Source: Nitrosopumilus sp. (GTDB lineage: Archaea > Thermoproteota > Nitrososphaeria > Nitrososphaerales > Nitrosopumilaceae). Taken from it: DNA of 46,986 nt. This document shows positions 9,469 to 19,119 of this stretch, one piece after another; within the stretch, counting starts at the first letter, position 1, and each line of letters starts with the position of its first letter. The notes beneath the pieces were generated by a model. The model ran no database searches. It was not told the DNA's origin and worked only from the letters and a program-made list of their open reading frames with translations. The position numbers were made by a program, and so were the translations under genes. The stretch is taken from assembly GCA_028439805.1 (NCBI GenBank), contig JAMHKW010000001.1, forward strand, positions 6,711-53,696. Reading direction: 5' to 3'.

Positions 9469-10194
9469 TCACATGTACATTCCAGATATCTCTTCTCTGT
9501 GCTCTTCGTATTTTTTAGATAATTCACTAAATTCTGAACTAATTTTTTCTTTATTTTCTTCAAGTTCTGTTGTATTGATATCCATTTCATAGAATCGATT
9601 TAGTGCTCCAATTAGTGTAATTACTGCTGCAGAATCGGTTCCTCCCTTGTTTGCTTTAACCAACAAAGTCACACCTTGAATTTCTCTTACTAGGCATTCA
9701 TTTAGTATTCCTCCTGGCATTCCAGTGATGAATCCTTGAGGAATCATACTAATGTTTTTGTCTGCCATTGTTCTTATCAAATCTTCTTCAGCTGCACAAT
9801 ATGTTTTCTCATCATGTTCATCACTTGCAACTCCATCTAAAATTACAATCTCTTTAGAACCTTTTTTTTCTGCCCAATCTAAAATTTCTGATACTAGACA
9901 GTATAGTCCTTCAAGCTTTAGTGTTATCTCACAAATTATTGCACAAATTGTCCCCTTTTGATTTGCATAAAATCTAAACGGATGTCGTAACCTTCCTTTC
10001 ATGAAAACTGTTGATGGAGGAAGATACTTTGATCTCATTACTGCGATCTCTTTCATCTCTAATTTTTCTATCATGTGATTAATTGCAACAGGACCTACAA
10101 GTCCTGCTCCAACAAATCCTGCAAAAATTATTGGACTCTTTAATTCTACTTTTTTTATTTCAAAGACTTCAGCTTCAGGAAATTCTTTTTGCAC
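9469..10194 (-). CDS. Proteasome assembly chaperone (PAC2 family)
   Basis: IFAGFVGAGLVG, HPFRFY, GFITGMPGGIL, C-terminal MYM (HbYX-like). Confidence 0.88.
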   Translation of the reverse strand: MQKEFPEAEVFEIKKVELKSPIIFAGFVGAGLVGPVAINHMIEKLEMKEIAVMRSKYLPPSTVFMKGRLRHPFRFYANQKGTICAIICEITLKLEGLYCLVSEILDWAEKKGSKEIVILDGVASDEHDEKTYCAAEEDLIRTMADKNISMIPQGFITGMPGGILNECLVREIQGVTLLVKANKGGTDSAAVITLIGALNRFYEMDINTTELEENKEKISSEFSELSKKYEEHREEISGMYM

Positions 10195-10216
10195 GGTGTA
10201 CGTAGATTTTTTCTGT

Positions 10217-10564
10217 TTAAATTCCTTTATGGATAAAGAGATCTAACATAACTCGTCCCTTGTCTGTAATTGTGTAAATTACATTTGCTCCTACTGGTTC
10301 TTTTTTGATAAAGTTGTAATCCACACACAAATGTAGATAATTTAGAAATGATTTTTTCATTCTTATTTTTGATTTTGAATATAAATTTGAAAATGTCATG
10401 GGGTTTCCTCTAAGTTGATACAATAATTTCAGCAAAGATAGTGTGCTGTAGTCTTTTGTTCTTGCTTTTACTGCATCTAGTATCTGTTCGTCTCTTTTTA
10501 TGATAAAATCCCCAAATTGGTCTGCTACTTCTAGTGGTACATATGTTAGTCTTGTTCGCATCAT
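10217..10564 (-). CDS. Winged-helix DNA-binding protein / putative transcription regulator
   Basis: HTH region followed by the YTITDKGR wing motif. Confidence 0.75.
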   Translation of the reverse strand: MMRTRLTYVPLEVADQFGDFIIKRDEQILDAVKARTKDYSTLSLLKLLYQLRGNPMTFSNLYSKSKIRMKKSFLNYLHLCVDYNFIKKEPVGANVIYTITDKGRVMLDLFIHKGI

Positions 10565-10581
10565 ACTGTATGGTACGGTAT
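10563..10581. promoter_or_regulatory. Imperfect palindrome overlapping the start of the wHTH gene; candidate operator
   Basis: ATACTGTA-tgg-TACGGTAT, 7 of 8 positions inverted match. Confidence 0.35.
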
Positions 10582-10768
10582 ATTACCTTATTAGTCTTTG
10601 ACTTGAGTTTTATTGATCTTCCCAGCTGGTTTTTTTACACCTAAATTTTGTGATTTTGAGCTGATCCTGATTCATTTATGCATGTTTTTTAGCGTTAGCT
10701 TGAATTGTTAGAATTGTGAAATTATAGTGAATTATCTCCTTTAAACAACCACAATCTGAAAGTTCTTT

Positions 10769-11704
10769 GTGGAAGTAGTAGTAAGTGCAGTACTAATTAT
10801 AGTTGGATTAGTGATGCTATGCTTTGGTGGTAATTGGCTAGTTAGCGGTGGTGTTGCTATTGCAAAGAAATTCCGAATAAGTAATCTTGTAATAGGAATG
10901 ACTATTGTGGCATATGGTACTTCAACTCCTGAATTAGCAGCTAGTATTGCAGCTGCTGGAGAACACAGTACCATTATTTTAGGAAATATTATTGGAAGTA
11001 ATATTGCAAACGTTGGAATGGTAATTGGTATTGCTGCAATTCTTGTTCCACTTGCAGTAAAAAAATCTGCATTGAAAAAAGAAATTCCAATAATGTTAGG
11101 AGTTTCATTTTTACTTGTCTTTCTTTCATTTGATGGTGAAATTTCCCAAAATGATGGAATATTATTACTTGCTGGATTAGGAATCTTTGGATTTTATACT
11201 ATCAAAGATGCAATAAAACACAGAGAAAAAAATAATGATGATACTCCACAAAGTAAAAACAATCTTCATCTAAAATCTATTGGGTTAATTGGATTAGGAA
11301 TTGTACTTTTGTATGTTGGTGCAATTCTTACAGTCGATAATGCTGTAATTTTAGCTAAAGAATTTGGTTTGTCTGAAAAAATAATTGGATTAACAGTAAT
11401 TGCAATTGGAACATCTCTTCCAGAATTAATTACATCGATTATTGCAATTAGAAAAGGTCATGCAGATATTGGTATTGGAAATATTATTGGAAGTAATATC
11501 TATAATATTTTGATGATAATGGGTGTTGGTGCAGCCCTTGGAGGTATAGTAATTTCATCTGATGTTTATGTTGATTATGCGATAATGATTATCTTTAGTC
11601 TTTCATTATTAATTGCCATTAAAACTGGAATTATTAATAGAACAATGGGTATTTGTTTGACTATTGGCTATATTGCATATTTGATAGTCACATTTTTCAA
11701 GTAA
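10769..11704 (+). CDS. Calcium/sodium antiporter (YrbG/CaCA family)
   Basis: Two alpha repeats: GTSTPEL...GNIIGSNIAN and GTSLPEL...GNIIGSNIYN. Confidence 0.95.
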   Translation: MEVVVSAVLIIVGLVMLCFGGNWLVSGGVAIAKKFRISNLVIGMTIVAYGTSTPELAASIAAAGEHSTIILGNIIGSNIANVGMVIGIAAILVPLAVKKSALKKEIPIMLGVSFLLVFLSFDGEISQNDGILLLAGLGIFGFYTIKDAIKHREKNNDDTPQSKNNLHLKSIGLIGLGIVLLYVGAILTVDNAVILAKEFGLSEKIIGLTVIAIGTSLPELITSIIAIRKGHADIGIGNIIGSNIYNILMIMGVGAALGGIVISSDVYVDYAIMIIFSLSLLIAIKTGIINRTMGICLTIGYIAYLIVTFFK

Positions 11705-11724
11705 TTTGTGCCTAAATTTGGCTT

Positions 11725-13083
11725 TTAGATGGACGTTACTGTAATATTTTCAGCCTTTATTGATGGTGCAATGGATGGTAAAGATGCCCATTGAATTATA
11801 TTTTTTTGATCATTCCCAATACTTGAAATATTTTTTAGCATTGTTGGAAGGTTGTGAACTATTCTTATTGATTTTCCAGGTCCCTTTATCTCTCCATTTT
11901 CAATAATTCTTATTCCACTTCTTGCTGTACATGAAAAATCCCCTTGAATTGGATTAACTGCATATGTGTACCATAATCTTCCTACTAGCAATCCGTGCTT
12001 TGTATCTTTGATCATGTCTTCTTGAGATGTATCCCCTGGGGTCATTTTGAGATTATGGGGTGCAGAAATTGGAATTGGTTCTGAGCTTCTTCCCAAAGAT
12101 GAATCTAATCTTGCACCGTTACCTGTTGATTTTACTCCTTCTTTATAACTATCAAAGAGATTTGAAAAAGTATTCTTAAAAATTCCTTTCTCTATTAACG
12201 CTCTTCTCTGAGTTTCTACTCCTTCATCATCTACTGATTTTGTTCCAATCCCTTCTGGAATATGTGGCTCATCAATTAAGCTGAGTTCTTTTACTGCTAT
12301 CTCTTTTTCAATATTATTTGAAAAACAACTTCGCTTTTCTGAAACTGTTTTAAAATTAAAATTTGATGCAACAACAAACGCTAATAATTCTCCTACTGAA
12401 TATGGTTCAAAAATTATTGAATATGTATCTGAATTAATTTTTTGTGGATTAATTGATTTTATACACATTACTTTAGCATCAGTTCCTACTTGTTCTGCAG
12501 AAAAATTTGCCAAAGTTCTACCACTTGCATGTCCAATTCCTGATACTGGTAAGTTTCCATATTCAGATTCTGCATTAATGATTGCTGAAATGTATGTGCC
12601 TTTATCATTTAGATTTAATCCATTAGAATTTCTTATCTCAAAGTTTTCTGAAACTATGTTTAATGATCCTGTAATCGTGTTTACCTTATCATTACTTGCT
12701 GAATTTATCATATTTTGTGCGATATCCATTGCTTCTGCGCCGGAAATCTTTGCTAGTTTTTCATCAAATGCTCCCTCCAGTTGCTTTGGAGTTACATCAT
12801 ATGGTAATCCTCCCCAAAAATCCCTGGCTTTGAGTTTTGATGATGTCTTAAATGCACTATCAATTGTTTTTTCTATTTCTTGTTGATCAGTTGTTTGAAT
12901 TGATGCAATTTTTTTCTCATGAATTAATCTTATGCCATAGTTTTCATCATAATTTTGTTTAACTTCAATAATTTCTGAATCTGTAATTCTAACAGTAATT
13001 GTTTTCTTTTTTACAACAATTATTTCACATTCATTGATTCCAATATTCTTTGAATGATTCAATGCCTTCTCTAAGGCAGACAA
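11725..13083 (-). CDS. TldD/PmbA family protein (PmbA-like)
   Basis: DDEGV, LIEKGI, NPIQGDFS, IENGEI; no HExxxH, consistent with the non-catalytic PmbA subunit. Confidence 0.9.
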   Translation of the reverse strand: MSALEKALNHSKNIGINECEIIVVKKKTITVRITDSEIIEVKQNYDENYGIRLIHEKKIASIQTTDQQEIEKTIDSAFKTSSKLKARDFWGGLPYDVTPKQLEGAFDEKLAKISGAEAMDIAQNMINSASNDKVNTITGSLNIVSENFEIRNSNGLNLNDKGTYISAIINAESEYGNLPVSGIGHASGRTLANFSAEQVGTDAKVMCIKSINPQKINSDTYSIIFEPYSVGELLAFVVASNFNFKTVSEKRSCFSNNIEKEIAVKELSLIDEPHIPEGIGTKSVDDEGVETQRRALIEKGIFKNTFSNLFDSYKEGVKSTGNGARLDSSLGRSSEPIPISAPHNLKMTPGDTSQEDMIKDTKHGLLVGRLWYTYAVNPIQGDFSCTARSGIRIIENGEIKGPGKSIRIVHNLPTMLKNISSIGNDQKNIIQWASLPSIAPSIKAENITVTSI

Positions 13084-14343
13084 TTATTTTCTCCTTGGAT
13101 TTTTATAATTAAATTTATTAATTTTAATTAATTCTGCATATGATCCAAATTGTGAAGTATCTGTAATTTTATCAAGCTCACCATCAACTTCACTTTCATT
13201 ATCAAACTTTTTTAGAATCTCATACTCTGTATTTCTTTCTGCAGGAATTCTTCCAATTTCTTTTACCATTCTTCTTATTTCTTTTGGTTTTAATAGTTGA
13301 CCATGCTCTGAACCTGCAGATGTTGATATGCTTTCATTGATTAGTGTTCCACCAAAGTCATTTGCTCCCCACATTAGTAATAGCTGAGACATCTTTTGTC
13401 CTTCTTTTACCCATGACATTTGAATATTATCTATGGAATTATTCAACATAATTCTTGCAATTGCATGTGTAAGTAAGACATCATTTCCACTGGCTCCTTG
13501 TTTAATTCCTTCATGTAGTTGATGTTTGTACATTGGTGCTTCTGATGGGATAAAATTTAAAGGGACAAATTCTGTAAATCCACCTGTCTCTTTTTGAATT
13601 TCTCTTAACTTTACAATGTGTTTTACTCTTTCTTCAAGTGTTTCTAGGTGTCCAAACATCATAGTTGATGTTGTATTGATTCCCATTTTGTGGGCAGTCT
13701 TGATGACTTTTTCCCATTCTTTTACAGTAATTCTACCTGGGGATATCTTGTCTCTGAGTTTTTGATCAAGAATTTCAGCAGATGTTCCTGGAAGTGTATT
13801 TACTCCTGCTTCCTTCATTCTTTTTAGAAATTCTTCAATTGTGGTATTTGATCTTGTTGCACCATAAAGAATCTCTTCAGGTGAAAACCCATGAATGTGA
13901 ATATCTGGAATCTCTTTTTTAATTTCTCGACATATATTTTCATACAGACCTCCTTCCATATCTGGTGGAAGACCTGCTTGAATGCAGACTTCAGTTGCTC
14001 CTAGGTGGTGTGCCTCTTTTGCTCTTCGTACAATCTCTGTAGTTGGCAGGAAATACCCTTCCTCTTCTCGAAAGTCTCTACTAAATGCACAAAAACCACA
14101 TTGTTTAATGCAGACATTTGTAAAATTGATATTTCTATTCACTACATATGATACAATATCTCCTACTCTTCTTCTTCTAATTTCATCTGCCACAAGTCCA
14201 ACTAAATGAAAGTCAATTCCTGATGTGTTGTATAATATCAGACCATCTTCTGCAGAAATCTCTTTATCTGATAGTGCATTGTTTAGAATTTCAGATACTA
14301 GAGGATCAGCATTTTTGAAAAGTGAATCTAAGTTATTTGTCAT
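13084..14343 (-). CDS. cofH: FO synthase subunit 2 (F420 biosynthesis); likely start 14343
   Basis: NRNINFTNVCIKQCGFCAF, PGTSAEIL, FTEFVPLNF, NIQMSWVKEG, GANDFGGTLINESI; ATGA overlap with cofG. Confidence 0.95.
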   Translation of the reverse strand: MTNNLDSLFKNADPLVSEILNNALSDKEISAEDGLILYNTSGIDFHLVGLVADEIRRRRVGDIVSYVVNRNINFTNVCIKQCGFCAFSRDFREEEGYFLPTTEIVRRAKEAHHLGATEVCIQAGLPPDMEGGLYENICREIKKEIPDIHIHGFSPEEILYGATRSNTTIEEFLKRMKEAGVNTLPGTSAEILDQKLRDKISPGRITVKEWEKVIKTAHKMGINTTSTMMFGHLETLEERVKHIVKLREIQKETGGFTEFVPLNFIPSEAPMYKHQLHEGIKQGASGNDVLLTHAIARIMLNNSIDNIQMSWVKEGQKMSQLLLMWGANDFGGTLINESISTSAGSEHGQLLKPKEIRRMVKEIGRIPAERNTEYEILKKFDNESEVDGELDKITDTSQFGSYAELIKINKFNYKNPRRK

Positions 14344-15509
14344 CTCCAATATTCCTCTTTTACTACTCCTTCCTCATTTTCAATAACTGATATCTTATCT
14401 CTTAACTCTTTACTCACAAAAGAAAAGAATTCTGGATATATTGGGAATCTACATTTTAATTCAAATCCTGCATTTCTTGAATTTTCATCTACTTTGTCAA
14501 TTTCTGGCCAAGAAAATTCTGGATTAACAAAATCTGGAGTAAGTGGTGATATTCCTCCCCAATCATTTATCCCCACTGCCAAGAAACTTTGATATGATTT
14601 TGGGGATAGATTTGGTGGAATTTGTATGTTCATTTCTGGCATGATGATTCTTGATAATGCAACAATTGTTTTGAAATAGTTTTCATTAGTTGATGGGGAA
14701 TTTTTCATTATAGTGTCTAGTTTTGGTTGGAAATTTTGTAAAATTACTTCTTGAATATTTCCATATTTTTGATCTAGTTGTTTTATTGCTAAAATTGAAT
14801 CAATCACTTCTTCTACTGTTTCTCCAATTCCTACAAGAATTCCTGTAGTCATTGGTATTCCTAATTTTCCAGAATTTTCTAATACTTTTAATCGTGCTTT
14901 TGGTCTTTTACTTGCAGCCAGATAGTGTGGCATTCCTTTTTTTGATAATCGTTCACTAACATTTTCAAGCATTATGCCCATTGACACATTTGTTTTCTTT
15001 AGCTCTTTCATTTCCTCAAAATTTAGATTTCCAGCATTAGTATGTGGGAATAATCCTAATTCTAATGCTAGTTCTGATGCATAAATGAGATATTCTGCAG
15101 TTGATTTGAATCCATTTTTTCTAAGCCAGTCTCTTGCCTCTTGATATTTTTGTTCTGGTTGTTCACCTGTGACAAAAAGTGCCTCTACACAGTTGTATTT
15201 TTTTGCAAGTTGTAATAATTCTAATATCTGTTGTTTTGACATTAATGATATTTTTTCTTCTCCTGGCTCTGCTTTGTATGTGCAGTATGAACAAGTATCT
15301 TTACAGAGATTTACTAAATTAAAAAACGCTTTTTTTGAAAATGTAACTGAATCTTTCTTGAATTTTTTTCTTAAATCTTGTGCAACAGAAAAAAGCTCAC
15401 TGGAATCTTCTATTGAATTCTGATAAATTTCCATAATGTCTTGACGAGAAATTACTTTATTTTCTAAAACATTGTTTAAGCTCTCAGAGTTTAGGACAAG
15501 CTTGTTCAA
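14340..15509 (-). CDS. cofG: FO synthase subunit 1 (F420 biosynthesis)
   Basis: VTFSK, CKDTCSYC, PHTNAG, SMGIMLE, TTGILVGIGE, QEVILQNF, IQIPPNL, DWGGISPLTPDFVNPE. Confidence 0.95.
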   Translation of the reverse strand: MNKLVLNSESLNNVLENKVISRQDIMEIYQNSIEDSSELFSVAQDLRKKFKKDSVTFSKKAFFNLVNLCKDTCSYCTYKAEPGEEKISLMSKQQILELLQLAKKYNCVEALFVTGEQPEQKYQEARDWLRKNGFKSTAEYLIYASELALELGLFPHTNAGNLNFEEMKELKKTNVSMGIMLENVSERLSKKGMPHYLAASKRPKARLKVLENSGKLGIPMTTGILVGIGETVEEVIDSILAIKQLDQKYGNIQEVILQNFQPKLDTIMKNSPSTNENYFKTIVALSRIIMPEMNIQIPPNLSPKSYQSFLAVGINDWGGISPLTPDFVNPEFSWPEIDKVDENSRNAGFELKCRFPIYPEFFSFVSKELRDKISVIENEEGVVKEEYWR

Positions 15510-15550
15510 CAGAAGAATTCTTGACTAGGAGTATTTATGCTTGTATTGTC

Positions 15551-16711
15551 CTAATTTCCATTTGGTCTTTCTTGGAGAACAATTGTAATCTCTGTTGTTC
15601 TATTTTCTCTTAGAATCTCTAAAACCATCTCATCTCCAACTGATTTTGCTCTTTGAAGATGTATCAAAATATCGCCAATCTGTCTTACTTCGATTCCATC
15701 TACTGATAAAATGATGTCTCCGCCCATTGGGTAACTAACACCATCCATCTCGATGGTCTTTTCAGAACCTGTTATCCCTGCTTTATCAGCTGGACTATTT
15801 TCAATTACTGTTACTACCAAGAATCCTACGGCATCATTTAGATTCAAAACTTTAGCTAGATCTGGGTCAATATCTCTACCTGAGATTCCAATCCATGGAT
15901 GCTTGTATTCTCCTTTTTCAATTAATGTTGGTATAATTTTGGCAACAGTTTGTGATGGTATTGCAAATCCTACACCCGTAAATTCTCCGGTTGCTGATTG
16001 AATTGCAGTGTTAATTCCAACAATCTCTCCTCTAATATTCAGTAGTGGTCCTCCTGAATTCCCAGGATTGATAGCAGCATCAGTTTGAATTACGTCTGGA
16101 ATAGAATATCCTGAACCTGATGGAAGTAATCTTCCTAATTGACTAACTATTCCTGAAGTCATAGACCCTGATAATCCAAATGGATTTCCAATTGCAGCTA
16201 TTGGTTCTCCTACTTTGAGATTAGATGAATCTCCAAGTGATAATGGATGTAATAGTGATAAATCTGCATCAACTTTGATTACTGCAAGGTCTGTATATTC
16301 ATCTGCTCCAATAATTTCTGCATTGTATGATCTTCCATCAAGAAATGTCACTGCGATTTTTTTTGCATTATCGATAACATGAGCATTTGTAATTATATGC
16401 CCTTTTTTATCAAAAACAAAACCTGATCCTAAACCTCCTACCCCATCTACTGTTTCGATTCTTTGTACATTGACTCTAACTACTCCGGGTTCCGATTTTT
16501 CAAAAATCTCAATTAATGATAAACTCTTTGAATAAAGTGGAGTTACTTCTCCAACTGTACTTGGTTCATGACCATTACTTACTATAATTTCAGGTTTCAT
16601 TGATTCAGGTGGTGATACAAACACTACTGTAAATAATACTGCAACCATTATGGCGCCAATTATCCCACCTACAAATACACTTGATTTGTCCATGAGATTT
16701 TTTATCTCCAT
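15551..16711 (-). CDS. HtrA/DegP-like serine protease with N-terminal TM anchor and PDZ domain
   Basis: ITNAHV, DLAVIK, QTDAAINPGNSGGPL catalytic triad; SPADKAG PDZ motif. Confidence 0.96.
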   Translation of the reverse strand: MEIKNLMDKSSVFVGGIIGAIMVAVLFTVVFVSPPESMKPEIIVSNGHEPSTVGEVTPLYSKSLSLIEIFEKSEPGVVRVNVQRIETVDGVGGLGSGFVFDKKGHIITNAHVIDNAKKIAVTFLDGRSYNAEIIGADEYTDLAVIKVDADLSLLHPLSLGDSSNLKVGEPIAAIGNPFGLSGSMTSGIVSQLGRLLPSGSGYSIPDVIQTDAAINPGNSGGPLLNIRGEIVGINTAIQSATGEFTGVGFAIPSQTVAKIIPTLIEKGEYKHPWIGISGRDIDPDLAKVLNLNDAVGFLVVTVIENSPADKAGITGSEKTIEMDGVSYPMGGDIILSVDGIEVRQIGDILIHLQRAKSVGDEMVLEILRENRTTEITIVLQERPNGN

Positions 16712-16730
16712 TTTCTATGTAAAAGGCTTA

Positions 16731-17939
16731 CTATACACTGATTGAACTTTGAGTGTGGTCTCTCATTGAATATCTTCTACCTCTCCATGTGATGGAATGT
16801 GTTCTTTTTGCTTGAAGTAGTCCAGTTAAAAATCCTAAAACTACTACTAAACTTCCTAGTGGTGCAAATAATGCATGAATGAATCTTAATTCAAGTCCAA
16901 TTTTTGTCTCAATTACTGCAGCAATGTAAATTAGAATTGAAGCAATAGCTGATGTGATACAAAGTATTTTTGCTGATGTCTCTTCTACTGGTAATAATGC
17001 CGATACTGCAAATACTGGAAATGGTACGAACAACAAAAATACAATTGCAAAGAAAATCCCAATTGCAATTTTCCCACTTTGCAAGTATAGTGGAATCATT
17101 AATCTTTTTAGAGCATTCCATAAAGTACTCTTGTTTCGAGCCCAAACAGCATCAATTAGATGCTCACCTCTAACCATTTTCATTTTGTATCCTAATTCTT
17201 TTACTTTTTTCCCAAGTGCTCCATCTTCAATGATTTCTTGCTTTATTCCTTCATGTGTTCCCACTTCTTCGTATGTTTTTTTCTTTAAGATGAAAAAACT
17301 CCCAAAGAAATAACCCGTTTTTTTTGAAGGATTATTCACATTTAATGCTGAAAATCTAGTATGCAAAAATGTAGAGATCATTGGAAGTGTAATGTTTGTC
17401 CAAAAATCAAATGTTAACATTCTTGGAATTGCAGATAACGCATCTAAATTAAAAGAAAGTAAATGTGCTACTGCAAGTGATGTTACATTTTTAGAATGAT
17501 TTGTATCTGCATCTGTAAATAACAATAATTCTCCTGTTGCTTTTCTATATCCCTCCATACATGCCCAGTTTTTACCCATCCATCCTTCTGGTTTAGGTCT
17601 TGCAGAAACTGGAATTATTTTAGAATATTTTTTGGCATACTCTGAAATTATCTCTCCTGTTGAGTCCTCTGATGAATCATCAATAACTATAATTTCATAA
17701 TTTTCATAGTCTTGTTTAATTAACGAGTCTAAACATTTTCCAATAAATTCTTCTTCGTTTCTTGCTGGAAGAATTATTGAAACATTGGGGGCAGATTTAG
17801 ATATATTTTCAAATTTGTCAAGATATGGTGTAAATCTAAATGAAGCAATCATTGATTTGATAAGAAATATCCACGCTCCACAAACTCCTATCAGAATTGC
17901 AGTAAGTGAGTAGTTGAAAATATCAATAATTAATTCCAT
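16731..17939 (-). CDS. Membrane-bound glycosyltransferase family 2 (HpnB-like architecture)
   Basis: VSIILPARNEE, DDSSED, GWMGKNWA, FTDAD, IIEDGAL, C-terminal TMs and WRGRRY. Confidence 0.92.
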   Translation of the reverse strand: MELIIDIFNYSLTAILIGVCGAWIFLIKSMIASFRFTPYLDKFENISKSAPNVSIILPARNEEEFIGKCLDSLIKQDYENYEIIVIDDSSEDSTGEIISEYAKKYSKIIPVSARPKPEGWMGKNWACMEGYRKATGELLLFTDADTNHSKNVTSLAVAHLLSFNLDALSAIPRMLTFDFWTNITLPMISTFLHTRFSALNVNNPSKKTGYFFGSFFILKKKTYEEVGTHEGIKQEIIEDGALGKKVKELGYKMKMVRGEHLIDAVWARNKSTLWNALKRLMIPLYLQSGKIAIGIFFAIVFLLFVPFPVFAVSALLPVEETSAKILCITSAIASILIYIAAVIETKIGLELRFIHALFAPLGSLVVVLGFLTGLLQAKRTHSITWRGRRYSMRDHTQSSISV

Positions 17940-17942
17940 GAA

Positions 17943-18359
17943 TTATCGCTCAATTTCTTCTTTGATACTTTGCATTGCTTGCTCAGTACCACTTTTGATG
18001 TGTTTTTTAATCATCCCTGTGAACATCCCCATCATTCCTGTTAGTTTTATGTCCCACATTGTATGAAGGATAGTTTTTTCATCCTTAGGGATGAGATATA
18101 TGATTTTTTCACCATTTATGATGCCTTTTGTGAATTTAGCTTCTATCTTTTCTTTAGGTTGAAGTTTTACTTCTTGTATGCATTTTTGATCTCTGAATGC
18201 TATTGTAATTTCTCTGTTGACTGTGTTTCCATCTTTTGATAGATTTTTGATTTCTTTTGTTCCTTTCCAAAATTTTGGTTCATTATCAATGTCTGAAACA
18301 ACATCCCACACTTTGTCAACTGTGGCATTAATTTCTATTTCAACCTCAATTGTTGCCAT
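17943..18359 (-). CDS. SRPBCC/START (polyketide cyclase-like) ligand-binding protein
   Basis: IEINATVDKVWDVVSDIDNEPKFW N-terminus and a long C-terminal helix. Confidence 0.88.
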   Translation of the reverse strand: MATIEVEIEINATVDKVWDVVSDIDNEPKFWKGTKEIKNLSKDGNTVNREITIAFRDQKCIQEVKLQPKEKIEAKFTKGIINGEKIIYLIPKDEKTILHTMWDIKLTGMMGMFTGMIKKHIKSGTEQAMQSIKEEIER

Positions 18360-18415
18360 GTACTACAGCCATTCGTTCCGCATTAAATATATTAGATTCC
18401 TCATCTACCCAAATA

Positions 18416-18492
18416 GACTGTGATGGGTAAACCCTAAAATCCGGAACATTAACTCCAGTTCCAATGGTCTTTACCACTCTTCCGTCACAGTC
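18416..18492. ncRNA. Candidate structured RNA or inverted-repeat element (77 nt, multi-stem)
   Basis: Closing stem GACTGTGATGG/CCGTCACAGTC plus internal hairpins GGAAC/GTTCC and TGGT/ACCA; GC-richer than its surroundings. Confidence 0.45.
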
Positions 18493-18529
18493 AATTAAAA
18501 TTTAAAAGAAAATGAAACCCTCAAAATAC

Positions 18530-18727
18530 ATGCCAAAAATTGAAACCCTTGATGGTGCAAGTTTTTGGAAAAATGCATATGCTCATCAACGTGGTAAATT
18601 ATTAAAAAAAGTTAGTGTTCCTGAGGATCAAATTATCATACTAGTTGACAAAAAATACTTGGAATTGCCTGCTGCTTTAAGATATGAAATCGAAACTAGT
18701 GGAATAGACAAAAAAGAGTTACAATAA
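18530..18727 (+). CDS. Small hypothetical protein; likely start 18530 (MPKIET)
   Basis: Open frame; the TTTAAAAG box at 18501-18508 fits a leaderless start at 18530. Confidence 0.7.
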   Translation: MPKIETLDGASFWKNAYAHQRGKLLKKVSVPEDQIIILVDKKYLELPAALRYEIETSGIDKKELQ

Positions 18728-18766
18728 ATTCGAAATTCATTTTAACAAGAAGACTTTGGGGTTGTT

Positions 18767-19096
18767 ATGTCAAATGTGTCATATGATGATTTTGCAAAAT
18801 TAGACATTAGAGTTGCCAAAATTATTGAAACAGAGCCAATTGAGGGAAAAACTAGAATAATTAAAGGAAGAATTGATTTGGGAAATAATGACCAACGTGA
18901 TGTAATAATTGGGGGTGCGCAATATTATCAACCTGAAGATATTGTAGGAAAAACAGTTATTGTTATTGCAAATCTAGAGCCAAAAAAAATGGCAGGAGTT
19001 GAATCAAATGCAATGTTGTTGGCAGCTGATGTTGATGATAAACCATTTTGGTTGACAGTAGATGGTGACATTCCTTTGGGAAGTCCTATAAAATAA
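18767..19096 (+). CDS. tRNA-binding OB-fold protein (Trbp111/CsaA/MetRS C-terminal-like)
   Basis: DFAKLDIRVAKI, IDLG, ANLEPKKMAGVESNAMLLAA. Confidence 0.92.
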   Translation: MSNVSYDDFAKLDIRVAKIIETEPIEGKTRIIKGRIDLGNNDQRDVIIGGAQYYQPEDIVGKTVIVIANLEPKKMAGVESNAMLLAADVDDKPFWLTVDGDIPLGSPIK

Positions 19097-19119
19097 TAAA
19101 ATTAATTTTTGATTTATGA

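Noticed and set aside
9420-9590. 57-aa N-terminal extension of PurM in the ORF track
   Set aside because: Overlaps the PAC2 gene; the family N-terminus begins at MALTYKKAGVD (9419)
10590-10760. Intergenic stretch as a hidden gene or RNA
   Set aside because: Only frames of about 21 codons and no stable stem found by eye
18345-18492. Minus-strand open frame (DCDGRVVKTIGTG...) through the structured element
   Set aside because: No good start beyond an internal GTG, under 50 codons, and it runs over the SRPBCC promoter; kept only as an alternative explanation
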